Assembly (NCBI GenBank): GCA_964522405.1
Contig: CAZFTR010000004.1
Span: 22,349 to 86,348, forward strand
Direction: 5' to 3'
DNA: 64,000 bases
DNA from: an uncultured Gammaproteobacteria bacterium
GTDB lineage: Bacteria; Patescibacteriota; Patescibacteriia; Magasanikbacterales; UBA922
Part shown: piece after piece, positions 20,789 to 28,371 of the stretch
Layout of the letters: each line of letters begins with the position of its first letter
Numbering within the stretch: position 1 is the first letter of the stretch
Position numbers and translations under genes: made by a program
The notes under the pieces: generated by a model
The model's input: the letters and a program-made list of their open reading frames with translations, nothing else
The model's database searches: none
Told to the model about the DNA's origin: nothing

Positions 20789-21568
20789 TTAATGTGCTCC
20801 ATGTGGTTTTTCTATTGCAACTGTCATGTATACAAGTGTTAACATAGCAAATACAGCAGCTTGAATCAGACCAACAAGTAGCTCAAGTAACATAAATGGT
20901 GTAGGTACCAGCAATGTAACAAGTGCAGAAATCACTGTAATAAGAACTTCTCCGGCAAAAATATTTCCAAATAAACGCAATGAAAGTGAAAGAACCTTAG
21001 CTATTTCACTAACTATCTCAATCAGACCAACTCCAAATTCAATAACAGCAGTAAGAACAGCAACCGGTCCTTTGGTAATAGCTTTAAAAACATTTTTTAT
21101 CTGAACAAATTTTCCAAGATGTGTAAAAACTCCAATACTAACAAATCCAAGTATATGAGATCCAAGCACAGCAACAAGAGCCATGGCAGCAGTAAGATTC
21201 AAATCACTATTGGCTGGTCTAAGTAGAAAATTATGTCCAACAGTAATACTTCCTGTTCCTGGTAGAAGGCCTAACCAATTTGAAAGTAAAATAAAAAAGA
21301 AGATAGATCCGACAATTGGCAGAAAGCGAATTGTCTTTTTTCTATCTCCTGTTACTTGGTCAAAGAATGGAAGTAGCATGTCTACTATATATTCACATGC
21401 GTTTTGGAATTTTCCAGGACGAAGTTTAATGTTTTTTTTGATTGTAATACCCACTGCGAGCAAAATTAATACAGCTATCCAAGCATTTATCATGGTATTA
21501 GTAATATTGATTGATCCAATATTAAATAAAACTTCTGGTGCCAATGTTGGAATATGTATTTCTGCCAT
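20789..21568 (-). CDS. atpB: Fo ATP synthase a subunit
   Basis: 259 aa with 5-6 TM helices and a conserved Arg in the penultimate helix (LSLRLFGNIFAGE). Confidence 0.85.
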   Translation of the reverse strand: MAEIHIPTLAPEVLFNIGSINITNTMINAWIAVLILLAVGITIKKNIKLRPGKFQNACEYIVDMLLPFFDQVTGDRKKTIRFLPIVGSIFFFILLSNWLGLLPGTGSITVGHNFLLRPANSDLNLTAAMALVAVLGSHILGFVSIGVFTHLGKFVQIKNVFKAITKGPVAVLTAVIEFGVGLIEIVSEIAKVLSLSLRLFGNIFAGEVLITVISALVTLLVPTPFMLLELLVGLIQAAVFAMLTLVYMTVAIEKPHGAH

Positions 21569-21577
21569 ATATAATTA

Positions 21578-21865
21578 TTACTTATCAGTGTCTGTTTTTT
21601 GTAAAATGCTTTTCTTTTCTATTGATTCGTATTCTCGTCCGTAATTTCTGGCTTTTTTCTTGATGCTCAGAGTTGATAGCACTGCCGCAACAATAAAAGC
21701 TAAAATCAGAAATTTTGGAGCTGAATCATATTTTGCATCGAGCCATTGCCCAATCAGTACTGAAATGATCAGCGGCACAGCAATAGTTGCCCCAAAATCA
21801 CTGGCAATCCTCAAACCGAGCATAATATACTTGCGATCAGTGTTATTTTTGGGCTTTTGGTCCAT
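21578..21865 (-). CDS. AtpZ/AtpI-like small membrane protein at the head of the atp operon
   Basis: 95 aa, two TM helices, position upstream of atpB. Confidence 0.5.
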   Translation of the reverse strand: MDQKPKNNTDRKYIMLGLRIASDFGATIAVPLIISVLIGQWLDAKYDSAPKFLILAFIVAAVLSTLSIKKKARNYGREYESIEKKSILQKTDTDK

Positions 21866-21954
21866 ATAAAAAAGAAAAGAACGCTCTATTTAGAGCGCCC
21901 ATATTATATACTATATATTTAGGTTAGTCAATGGTATTTTTTTGTGGATGTGGA

Positions 21955-23436
21955 TTACCTGTTTGGCTTAGGTGGGAGGCGATACTGCGCTTCTCTAAAT
22001 TCATCTGATGGACCTTTTCTGAATTGAATTTCATCTTGGAGTATTCTATCTGTTTCAATTGGAACATTTCTAGTTTCTTTTTGCCATTTTTCTGCCAATT
22101 CATCACGTGATTCTTGATCTTCTGGATATTCAAAATCATTTTTTCTGGCTAAGTGCGCATACATTGTCTGAACTTTTTGAGGTAATTTTTCTATTGCTTC
22201 GAGTACAGCCTTACTATGAACTTCGAAAACTCTTAATTCGATTCTACCGGCACCACTACCTTCAATTTCATCTGCGCCTTTTACGAAAAAAGGTGCATCC
22301 CATTCATCATCATCAAGTCTTTTTCTGGAAGACACACGGTCTTTGAGAAAAATATTTTGTAATTTCATAATCTCCTCATATTCAGAGGAGCTACTATCTA
22401 ACACATCTCGACTTCTGGTTTTTAAACCATATTGTGCCCTCTCTAACACATCAAAAAGTTCCTCAGATGGAATTTCAAGATTTAGATGCATGGTAGTCTT
22501 CCCTTCTTTTAATCCACTCTTCGGAATAAACCCGGATTCAACCAATGATTCAAGTGAAAGTGAAGCTAATTTGGCATTTTTAAATGGCCGAGATACTAAC
22601 TCGATATACTTTCCATGCTCTCTGTCCAACTGCAAATCAGACATTGAGCGTAAATTATTGTAGTCTCGTTTTGCTGGGGTATTGTCTACGTAATTTGGTA
22701 TTTCTACCTCATAACCGATCATAGGCAAATCCGGGTCAGACTCGTCGGCAAGTGCTTCTTTTATTCTTCGGACATAATCAAATATTCTGTCATGCTCAAC
22801 AACCCCATCCTGATTTTGTGATAATAACATCGGCCCGACAATTCTTAGAAATTCATTGAAGCTAATTTCTTCTTCCTTAAATTGATTTCTATCATATATT
22901 TCTCGTGCTTTATTAAAAAGCTTGCTAAGTTCTTTGAGCTCTTTTTCAAATGAATCAGGAAGTGTTAAAAAAAAATAAAACTTTGGATGCCTTAAAATTA
23001 CCGGTACGTATTCATGATTAACTCTTCCCCAAGTTTTTTCAGGAAAATCCTTAGTTATATGTAAAAGTTTGAGTAAATCAGGAGATTCAAAAATCATTAA
23101 ATGAAATTTTTCCGGTATGGTTTGCCAAACTTGTGGTGTTGCTGCTGAAATAACATTTGCAACTGTTTGAAATTCATCATCACCAGCAAAGGAAAGACCT
23201 AATACACGCTTAAGAACTACTTTTGGCATAGCCAATATGTTTTCTAAGTAATGCTTCAGCAGGTAGCTATTATCTGCCTTATCCTCTAGCAGGATTTCCA
23301 AATTATAAGGTATCTGACCATCTCCCCCCACCTGATCAGGATGATTTCTAAACAAAACATCAAGACTTAATTTCTGATCTGGATATTTATCTAGCAAATC
23401 TCTATAAGCTTTGGTATCTCTAAAAGCGTCAGTCAT
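21955..23436 (-). CDS. Hypothetical protein (493 aa)
   Basis: Long hydrophilic ORF, host-like composition, no recognisable motif. Its start abuts the tatD stop. Confidence 0.5.
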   Translation of the reverse strand: MTDAFRDTKAYRDLLDKYPDQKLSLDVLFRNHPDQVGGDGQIPYNLEILLEDKADNSYLLKHYLENILAMPKVVLKRVLGLSFAGDDEFQTVANVISAATPQVWQTIPEKFHLMIFESPDLLKLLHITKDFPEKTWGRVNHEYVPVILRHPKFYFFLTLPDSFEKELKELSKLFNKAREIYDRNQFKEEEISFNEFLRIVGPMLLSQNQDGVVEHDRIFDYVRRIKEALADESDPDLPMIGYEVEIPNYVDNTPAKRDYNNLRSMSDLQLDREHGKYIELVSRPFKNAKLASLSLESLVESGFIPKSGLKEGKTTMHLNLEIPSEELFDVLERAQYGLKTRSRDVLDSSSSEYEEIMKLQNIFLKDRVSSRKRLDDDEWDAPFFVKGADEIEGSGAGRIELRVFEVHSKAVLEAIEKLPQKVQTMYAHLARKNDFEYPEDQESRDELAEKWQKETRNVPIETDRILQDEIQFRKGPSDEFREAQYRLPPKPNR

Positions 23437-23438
23437 AT

Positions 23439-24332
23439 TTAATTTAAAATCTTTTTGAATAATCTTTTTGAATTCTCAACTAATATTTCTTTTAATTCTT
23501 TCTCCTCAACTCCACGCAAGTTTGAAATAAATTTGATCTGCTCTTCGCACATCCAAGGTTCAGATCTTTTTCCACGATATTTCTGAGGAGCAAGATAAGG
23601 CGAATCAGTTTCCACTAGAATTCTATCAAGTGGAATATTTTTTACTACTTCTAATAAATCTTCTTGCTGTTTTGGATTGGTTTTCTTTGCCGGAAAGGTA
23701 ATAATTCCTGTGAAACCCAAATAACAGCCCAGATTCAGATATTCCTGAGCTACTTGCCAATTTCCACTAAAACAATGCACTGTAGCGCGAATTTCTTCAT
23801 TCAATGATTTTAATAATTCGATCAAATGTCCATGCGCACTTGAATTGACACTTAGTTTTGCATCCGGTTTTGCGTCACGAGTATGAATAACAAGAGCAAG
23901 ATTGTTGTTTTTGGCAAATTTATAATGATCTAAAAAAACTTTTTTTTGTTTTTCAAGGACTATTTCTGTATCAATCTCATTTGGATCCGGTATATGAAAT
24001 AGATCTATTCCAGTCTCCCCTACTCCAATAATTTTGTCTGGGGCTGAATTATATAACTCTTGATAGTAATCAACATCAAAATCTTCTTCCTTACTGGTAA
24101 AACTGCTCTCTTCTTCATCTATATAAGTAGGAAATAGATGATTGGGATGGGTTCCAATGGTTGCGTACATATCTTCATGCTCTCGAGCAAGCTCTACAGC
24201 CAACTTACTGGTATTTTTTTGAGTACCTACCAGATTCACAATGGTGTTTTTCTCTCTAATTCTTTTTATTATTTCCTCTCGATCTTGATCCAAGCCCTTA
24301 AATTGTAAATGTGAATGTGTATCAATTATCAT
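23439..24332 (-). CDS. tatD: TatD-family metal-dependent hydrolase/DNase
   Basis: MIIDTHSHLQF N-terminus and conserved His/Asp/Glu metal ligands of TatD. Confidence 0.85.
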   Translation of the reverse strand: MIIDTHSHLQFKGLDQDREEIIKRIREKNTIVNLVGTQKNTSKLAVELAREHEDMYATIGTHPNHLFPTYIDEEESSFTSKEEDFDVDYYQELYNSAPDKIIGVGETGIDLFHIPDPNEIDTEIVLEKQKKVFLDHYKFAKNNNLALVIHTRDAKPDAKLSVNSSAHGHLIELLKSLNEEIRATVHCFSGNWQVAQEYLNLGCYLGFTGIITFPAKKTNPKQQEDLLEVVKNIPLDRILVETDSPYLAPQKYRGKRSEPWMCEEQIKFISNLRGVEEKELKEILVENSKRLFKKILN

Positions 24333-24459
24333 ATTAATCCTTAAATGTAATCAAATTATACAGTAAATTAAAATTTAATGAAATTTTTGACAAAATAATT
24401 AATCTTAAATACTATAAGTTATAGAGACCAAGTCGGCACCCCCGGCAAGGAAAATAGCC

Positions 24460-24588
24460 GTGAGCAAATTCAGAGATAATCCCAAACTGTCGGACAAGCC
24501 TCCTGTGTTCACCATCGAGTGCAATCACTGCTTCGTCCGGATCATGATCTGGGCCAATAGGTGTTGGTACTGCGGCCGCGCTCGATGA
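24460..24588 (+). CDS. Small zinc-ribbon protein (42 aa) in G+C-rich island E
   Basis: AGGAAA lies 7 nt before the GTG. Product is MSKFRDNPKLSDKPPVFTIECNHCFVRIMIWANRCWYCGRAR, with CxxC...CxxC. The overlapping minus-strand track ORF 24412..24603 lacks an SD. Confidence 0.3.
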   Translation: MSKFRDNPKLSDKPPVFTIECNHCFVRIMIWANRCWYCGRAR

Positions 24589-24632
24589 GTACCTGTGAAC
24601 CAAGCAAGAACATCAACCGCTCACCGGCGACC

Positions 24633-24707
24633 AAGCTCGTTCGCGTCGCCAACAATATTTTAAATTCAAATTTTAAAATATTGTTGGAGGAATACGCGAA
24701 CGAGCTT
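24633..24707. repeat. 75-nt nested palindrome at the edge of island E
   Basis: A 13-bp G+C-rich outer stem (AAGCTCGTTCGCG / CGCGAACGAGCTT) encloses a 14-bp A+T-rich inner stem (AACAATATTTTAAA-ttcaaat-TTTAAAATATTGTT). Confidence 0.6.
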
Positions 24708-24715
24708 TTGGTTAC

Positions 24716-24743
24716 AAAAAAAGCACCATGAAATGCTTTTTTT
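24716..24743. terminator. Bidirectional intrinsic terminator
   Basis: AAAGCA-ccatgaaa-TGCTTT flanked by A- and T-runs. Confidence 0.55.
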
Positions 24744-24759
24744 GTCTAAAATATAGATT

Positions 24760-25296
24760 TTATAAAAGTATCCCTTCAGTATAATCTACAGTTGATTTCA
24801 ATAACTGAAAAGCATCTGGCAAAAGAGGAACCAGTAAATTAGCAATATTACTAAAAAAAGCTGCCATATCTGACTGAGCAAGCTTTTGCATAAGAGCTTC
24901 TGAAATTGGAAACCTCTCTATGAAATATACAATTGCTGCCAGCGTCAGAGTTCCTTCGAGCGCACCAAACACAGCGCCAAGAAGTCTATTTACAGTTCCA
25001 ACAAGCGGTAAATGAGTGAAAACAGACAAAATTTTTCTAAAAAACCAAAAAGCTATTCCTACTAACCTGACAATCAACAAAAATCCGACCACAAACAAAA
25101 CGATTTTCGCTGTATTACTTTCCCATCCAAGAAAACCTGCTAACCATGATGCAGCAAGATCATAGTATCTACTAGCTAAAAAAATTCCCAAAACCACACC
25201 CAGTAGTGATCCAAGAGCATGGATAAGACCAAAGCGCAAACCTGCTATTGCAAATATGGCGATTACTGCTATAAAGATAATATCAAGCGAAGGCAT
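24760..25296 (-). CDS. cvpA: CvpA-family membrane protein
   Basis: 178 aa, four TM helices, CvpA-like layout and motifs. Confidence 0.65.
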   Translation of the reverse strand: MPSLDIIFIAVIAIFAIAGLRFGLIHALGSLLGVVLGIFLASRYYDLAASWLAGFLGWESNTAKIVLFVVGFLLIVRLVGIAFWFFRKILSVFTHLPLVGTVNRLLGAVFGALEGTLTLAAIVYFIERFPISEALMQKLAQSDMAAFFSNIANLLVPLLPDAFQLLKSTVDYTEGILL

Positions 25297-25373
25297 ATTA
25301 ATCTATTGCTTTAATATTTAAAATGTGATATTTTTAGCGCTGTAATCCAGACTCGAGACAGGAGAAAGCCATC

Positions 25374-25706
25374 ATGGCAAAAGGAGACAAGAATCGCGGT
25401 CTGCGGCGCCGACGGCGGCGGCAGGAGGCCAAGAAGCAACGTCAGCTGCGGCAGGCGATCGCCACCATGGAGGAGCGACGCGGCGAAGAGCCTCAGTGGA
25501 CCTGCGGTGCCAACATCGGTACCCATCGAGAGCCCAAGCCCTGCGGCACCAAGGTGCTGATGACGAAGGGCAGCTGCCCCAAAGGCCACACCTGGCCGAA
25601 GATGACGGGCGGCAAGGCTCGCGAGCAGGCCGGCGTGGATCACGGCCGCGGCCACGGCTACCGACCCTACACACCGCCCCGCGACGACTACGACTACCCC
25701 TGGTAG
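25374..25706 (+). CDS. Hypothetical highly basic protein with a Cys/His cluster (G+C-rich island F)
   Basis: AGGAGA lies 8 nt before the ATG. N-terminal RRRRRRQEAKKQRQLRQ, then C-x6-H...C...C-x3-H. GC3-rich codons. Confidence 0.4.
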   Translation: MAKGDKNRGLRRRRRRQEAKKQRQLRQAIATMEERRGEEPQWTCGANIGTHREPKPCGTKVLMTKGSCPKGHTWPKMTGGKAREQAGVDHGRGHGYRPYTPPRDDYDYPW

Positions 25707-25744
25707 GCAGAAGGAGGCTTCAGAACCTACGATCGCACCCCCAC

Positions 25745-25776
25745 CCCCGTGTCTGTTCTCGAGAAGACGCGGGGGC
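25745..25776 (+). terminator. G+C-rich hairpin closing island F
   Basis: CCCCCGTGTCT-gttctcgag-AAGACGCGGGGG (one mismatch), followed by cagacagacttttctt. Confidence 0.45.
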
Positions 25777-25818
25777 AGACAGACTTTTCTTAAATTTGAG
25801 TTTTAAAAAACTCTTTTT

Positions 25819-27327
25819 TTATTTTTCTAATCTTTTAAATAATATTTCTCCTTTTTTTATTATAGCATCTTTTTGCAATCTTCCCCACTCTTTTTCCAAC
25901 TCCAGCGCTTCTAATTTTTCTGAATCAATTCCAAGCTGAGATAAAATCTTTTTTGCTGATTCCGGGATTACTGGAAGAAGTGCAATTGCAATATGACGAA
26001 GTGCTTCTGCAAGCTGATATAGTAGCTCTGAAATATCTTCACCATTTTTTGCCTTTTCCCATGGTTTTTGATTTGAAATCTTTTCATCACATTTTGAGAC
26101 TAAGCTATTTATGTGATTTATCAAATCATCGAATTTGTATTGATTAACTAAGTCAGTGTAGTATTTCCAAAACTTATCTAAATCGAAAATATCTTGAGCT
26201 ACTTCTGGCACACTACCATCACTATACTTCTCAAGCATAGTCAAAATCCTCGAAGTCAAATTCCCAACTCCATTTACCAAGTGCGCTGTATAAAATTCCT
26301 CAAATCTGGAAATACTAAAATCACCATCATCATGAGCCGGAATTGCCCCAAGAAGATAATACCTTACTGCATCTATCCCGTATTTCTGGACAGTTTCATA
26401 AGGATCAACTACATTTCCAACGCTTTTACTCATTTTTTGACCTTCTGAAGTTATAAATCCATGAATAAATACTTGTTTTGAAGGTTCTACACCTGCTGAA
26501 AGCAGCATAGCTTGCCACATAGCGGTCTGCTGGCGAAGGTTGTCTTTTCCGGCAACCTGAACTCCCGGCCAAAAATCTGCAAAATCGCCCTTTTCATTCG
26601 GCCAACCCAGTGTTGAGATATAGTTAATAAGCGCGTCAAACCAAACATACATAACATGATCAGGATCTCCAGGAACATCCACTCCCCAAGGCATTTTCTC
26701 TCGCAATCTGGAAATACTAAAATCCCTTAAACCTGATTTAACAAATGTTTTTATTTCATTGAAACGATAATCTGGAATTACAAAATCTGGCTGATTTTCA
26801 TAAAGCTCAAGTAATTTATCCTGGTATTTACTAAATAGGAAAAAATAATTTTCTTCATCAATTAATTCAATTTCATAGGTGGGATGAATTGAACATTTTC
26901 CATCAACCAGTTCTGAATCTGTTTTCTCTAGTTCACAACCCACACAATACTTTACTTGGTATTTTCTTTTTTCAATATCTCCATTTTTATTGCATAGTTC
27001 CCAAAAATGTTGTGCTGCTTTTTTGTGATCTGGATTAGTTGTTTGAATAAATGTCAAACCATTCCAAAGCCCAAGAAGATTTTTCAGATCTCTAAACTTA
27101 TCAGCATATTCATCTACATATTTCTGTGTTTCCACTCCTGCCTCCTCGGCATTTCGGTAAATCTTAAGTCCATGCTCATCTGTTCCAGTATTAAAAAAGA
27201 CTCTCTCTCCTAAAAGTTCATGATAGCGCGCAATGACATCTGCCTGAATAATTTCTAAAGCAAAACCGATATGAGGCTTGGCGTTCACATATGGAAGTGT
27301 TGTTGTGATGTAGAAGTTTTTTGGCAT
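25819..27327 (-). CDS. metG: Methionyl-tRNA synthetase
   Basis: HIGH-type motif PHIGFALE, KMSKS, and a Zn knuckle CVGCELEKTDSELVDGKCSIHP. Confidence 0.9.
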   Translation of the reverse strand: MPKNFYITTTLPYVNAKPHIGFALEIIQADVIARYHELLGERVFFNTGTDEHGLKIYRNAEEAGVETQKYVDEYADKFRDLKNLLGLWNGLTFIQTTNPDHKKAAQHFWELCNKNGDIEKRKYQVKYCVGCELEKTDSELVDGKCSIHPTYEIELIDEENYFFLFSKYQDKLLELYENQPDFVIPDYRFNEIKTFVKSGLRDFSISRLREKMPWGVDVPGDPDHVMYVWFDALINYISTLGWPNEKGDFADFWPGVQVAGKDNLRQQTAMWQAMLLSAGVEPSKQVFIHGFITSEGQKMSKSVGNVVDPYETVQKYGIDAVRYYLLGAIPAHDDGDFSISRFEEFYTAHLVNGVGNLTSRILTMLEKYSDGSVPEVAQDIFDLDKFWKYYTDLVNQYKFDDLINHINSLVSKCDEKISNQKPWEKAKNGEDISELLYQLAEALRHIAIALLPVIPESAKKILSQLGIDSEKLEALELEKEWGRLQKDAIIKKGEILFKRLEK

Positions 27328-27332
27328 AATTA

Positions 27333-27361
27333 TTGTTTAGTGTGTTTTTTTATGATATAAT
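27333..27361 (+). promoter_or_regulatory. Plus-strand promoter-like element TTGTTT-N17-TATAAT pointing into G+C-rich element G
   Basis: The hexamers overlap the region just upstream of the metG start codon, on the opposite strand. Confidence 0.3.
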
Positions 27362-27374
27362 CTTTGTTGCGATG

Positions 27375-27600
27375 TGCATCAATTGATGTGGGCGATTGTC
27401 GGTTACTCCAGTTTTCATAATTGTTGGTTCTGCCAACTTCCGATCGGGTTGAAGCCTGGACCGTCCTGGAAGGATCCCGAAACAAGCTCCGTCGCTGTCA
27501 GGGGACAAAAACCGCAAGCTCCTCACGCTTGCCGACCATGAATTCAGAACATCTACGTCGGATCGCCGGTAGAGAGTAGGTTGCGTCCCCTGGCATCCAA
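27375..27600. other. G+C-rich ~225-bp element G between rsmI and metG with nested stems; candidate structured RNA, no convincing ORF
   Basis: Stems: CAGGGGAC (27499-27506) with GTCCCCTG (27586-27593), enclosing GCAAGC-tcctcac-GCTTGC and CCGAC...GTCGG; also GTTGG-ttctg-CCAAC. The only ORFs lack an SD. Confidence 0.3.
27505..27532 (-). terminator. Minus-strand intrinsic terminator inside element G (candidate rsmI terminator)
   Basis: On the minus strand: GCAAGC-gtgagga-GCTTGC followed by GGTTTTTG. Confidence 0.4.
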
Positions 27601-27602
27601 CT

Positions 27603-28271
27603 CTACTTGCCAACCACTACAACAAACTCGCCTTTTTCTTTAATTTTTAAATTACCGATCTCACTAATTTTTCCGCGATAAACTGTTTCAAATTTCTTGG
27701 TTAATTCTCGACAAATACAAATTTTTATTTCTGGATCAAGCACTTTTGATAAATTATCAAGTGTTTTTTTAATTCTATGACTTGACTCATATAGCGCAAC
27801 AGTATATTTCTGATTAGACAACTCTTCAAAATATTTATTTCTTGCTTTTTTGTGGGGTGGAAATCCCAAAAAAACAAACTTATCTGTTGGAAATCCTGAA
27901 ATACTCAAGGCTGTAGTCACTGCAGAAACTCCCGGAATAGGGATTATTTGCAAATCTTCAACATTATTTAACAGATCTTCAATTAATTTATTTCCCGGAT
28001 CGCTTATCCCCGGAGTTCCAGCATCAGTAACAAGAGCTAGATTCAAACCCTGATTTAATAATTCTGAAATCTCTTTTATTCTCTTAGTAGAACTATGCTG
28101 ATGATAAGTTTTTACCTTAGTATCTATCTGATAATGGTTTAAGAGCTTTCTAGTTACTCGAGTATCTTCACATAAAATAAAATCTACGCTTTTAAGAGTA
28201 GCAATGGCTCGAAGAGTGATATCTGCCAAATTACCAATTGGCGTAGAAACTATGTATAAAATGGGATTCAT
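27603..28271 (-). CDS. rsmI: 16S rRNA (cytidine1402-2'-O)-methyltransferase RsmI
   Basis: Tetrapyrrole-methylase fold and N-terminus LYIVSTPIGNLADITLRAIATLKSVDFILCEDTR. Confidence 0.85.
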   Translation of the reverse strand: MNPILYIVSTPIGNLADITLRAIATLKSVDFILCEDTRVTRKLLNHYQIDTKVKTYHQHSSTKRIKEISELLNQGLNLALVTDAGTPGISDPGNKLIEDLLNNVEDLQIIPIPGVSAVTTALSISGFPTDKFVFLGFPPHKKARNKYFEELSNQKYTVALYESSHRIKKTLDNLSKVLDPEIKICICRELTKKFETVYRGKISEIGNLKIKEKGEFVVVVGK

Positions 28272-28371
28272 AGTGCTTAGTTTAGCAAAGAAAAGCTAAA
28301 TTTGCAAACAAATTTATTTCGATTATAGGCTGATAGTTTTTTAATATAAATTATGATATAATAATCTCAAT

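Noticed and set aside
25311-25939. Minus- and plus-strand ORFs overlapping island F (25311..25655, 25372..25674, 25496..25939)
   Set aside because: These are out-of-frame readings of a G+C-rich segment, and none has an SD. The 25374 ORF does have one.
27375-27600. T-box riboswitch leader for metG
   Set aside because: The conserved T-box sequence (AGGGTGGNACCGCG) and a specifier-loop context are not present.
27350-27613. 87-aa minus-strand ORF across element G, overlapping the rsmI stop
   Set aside because: No SD, an R/S-rich composition, and it spans an intrinsic terminator. It is treated as noncoding.
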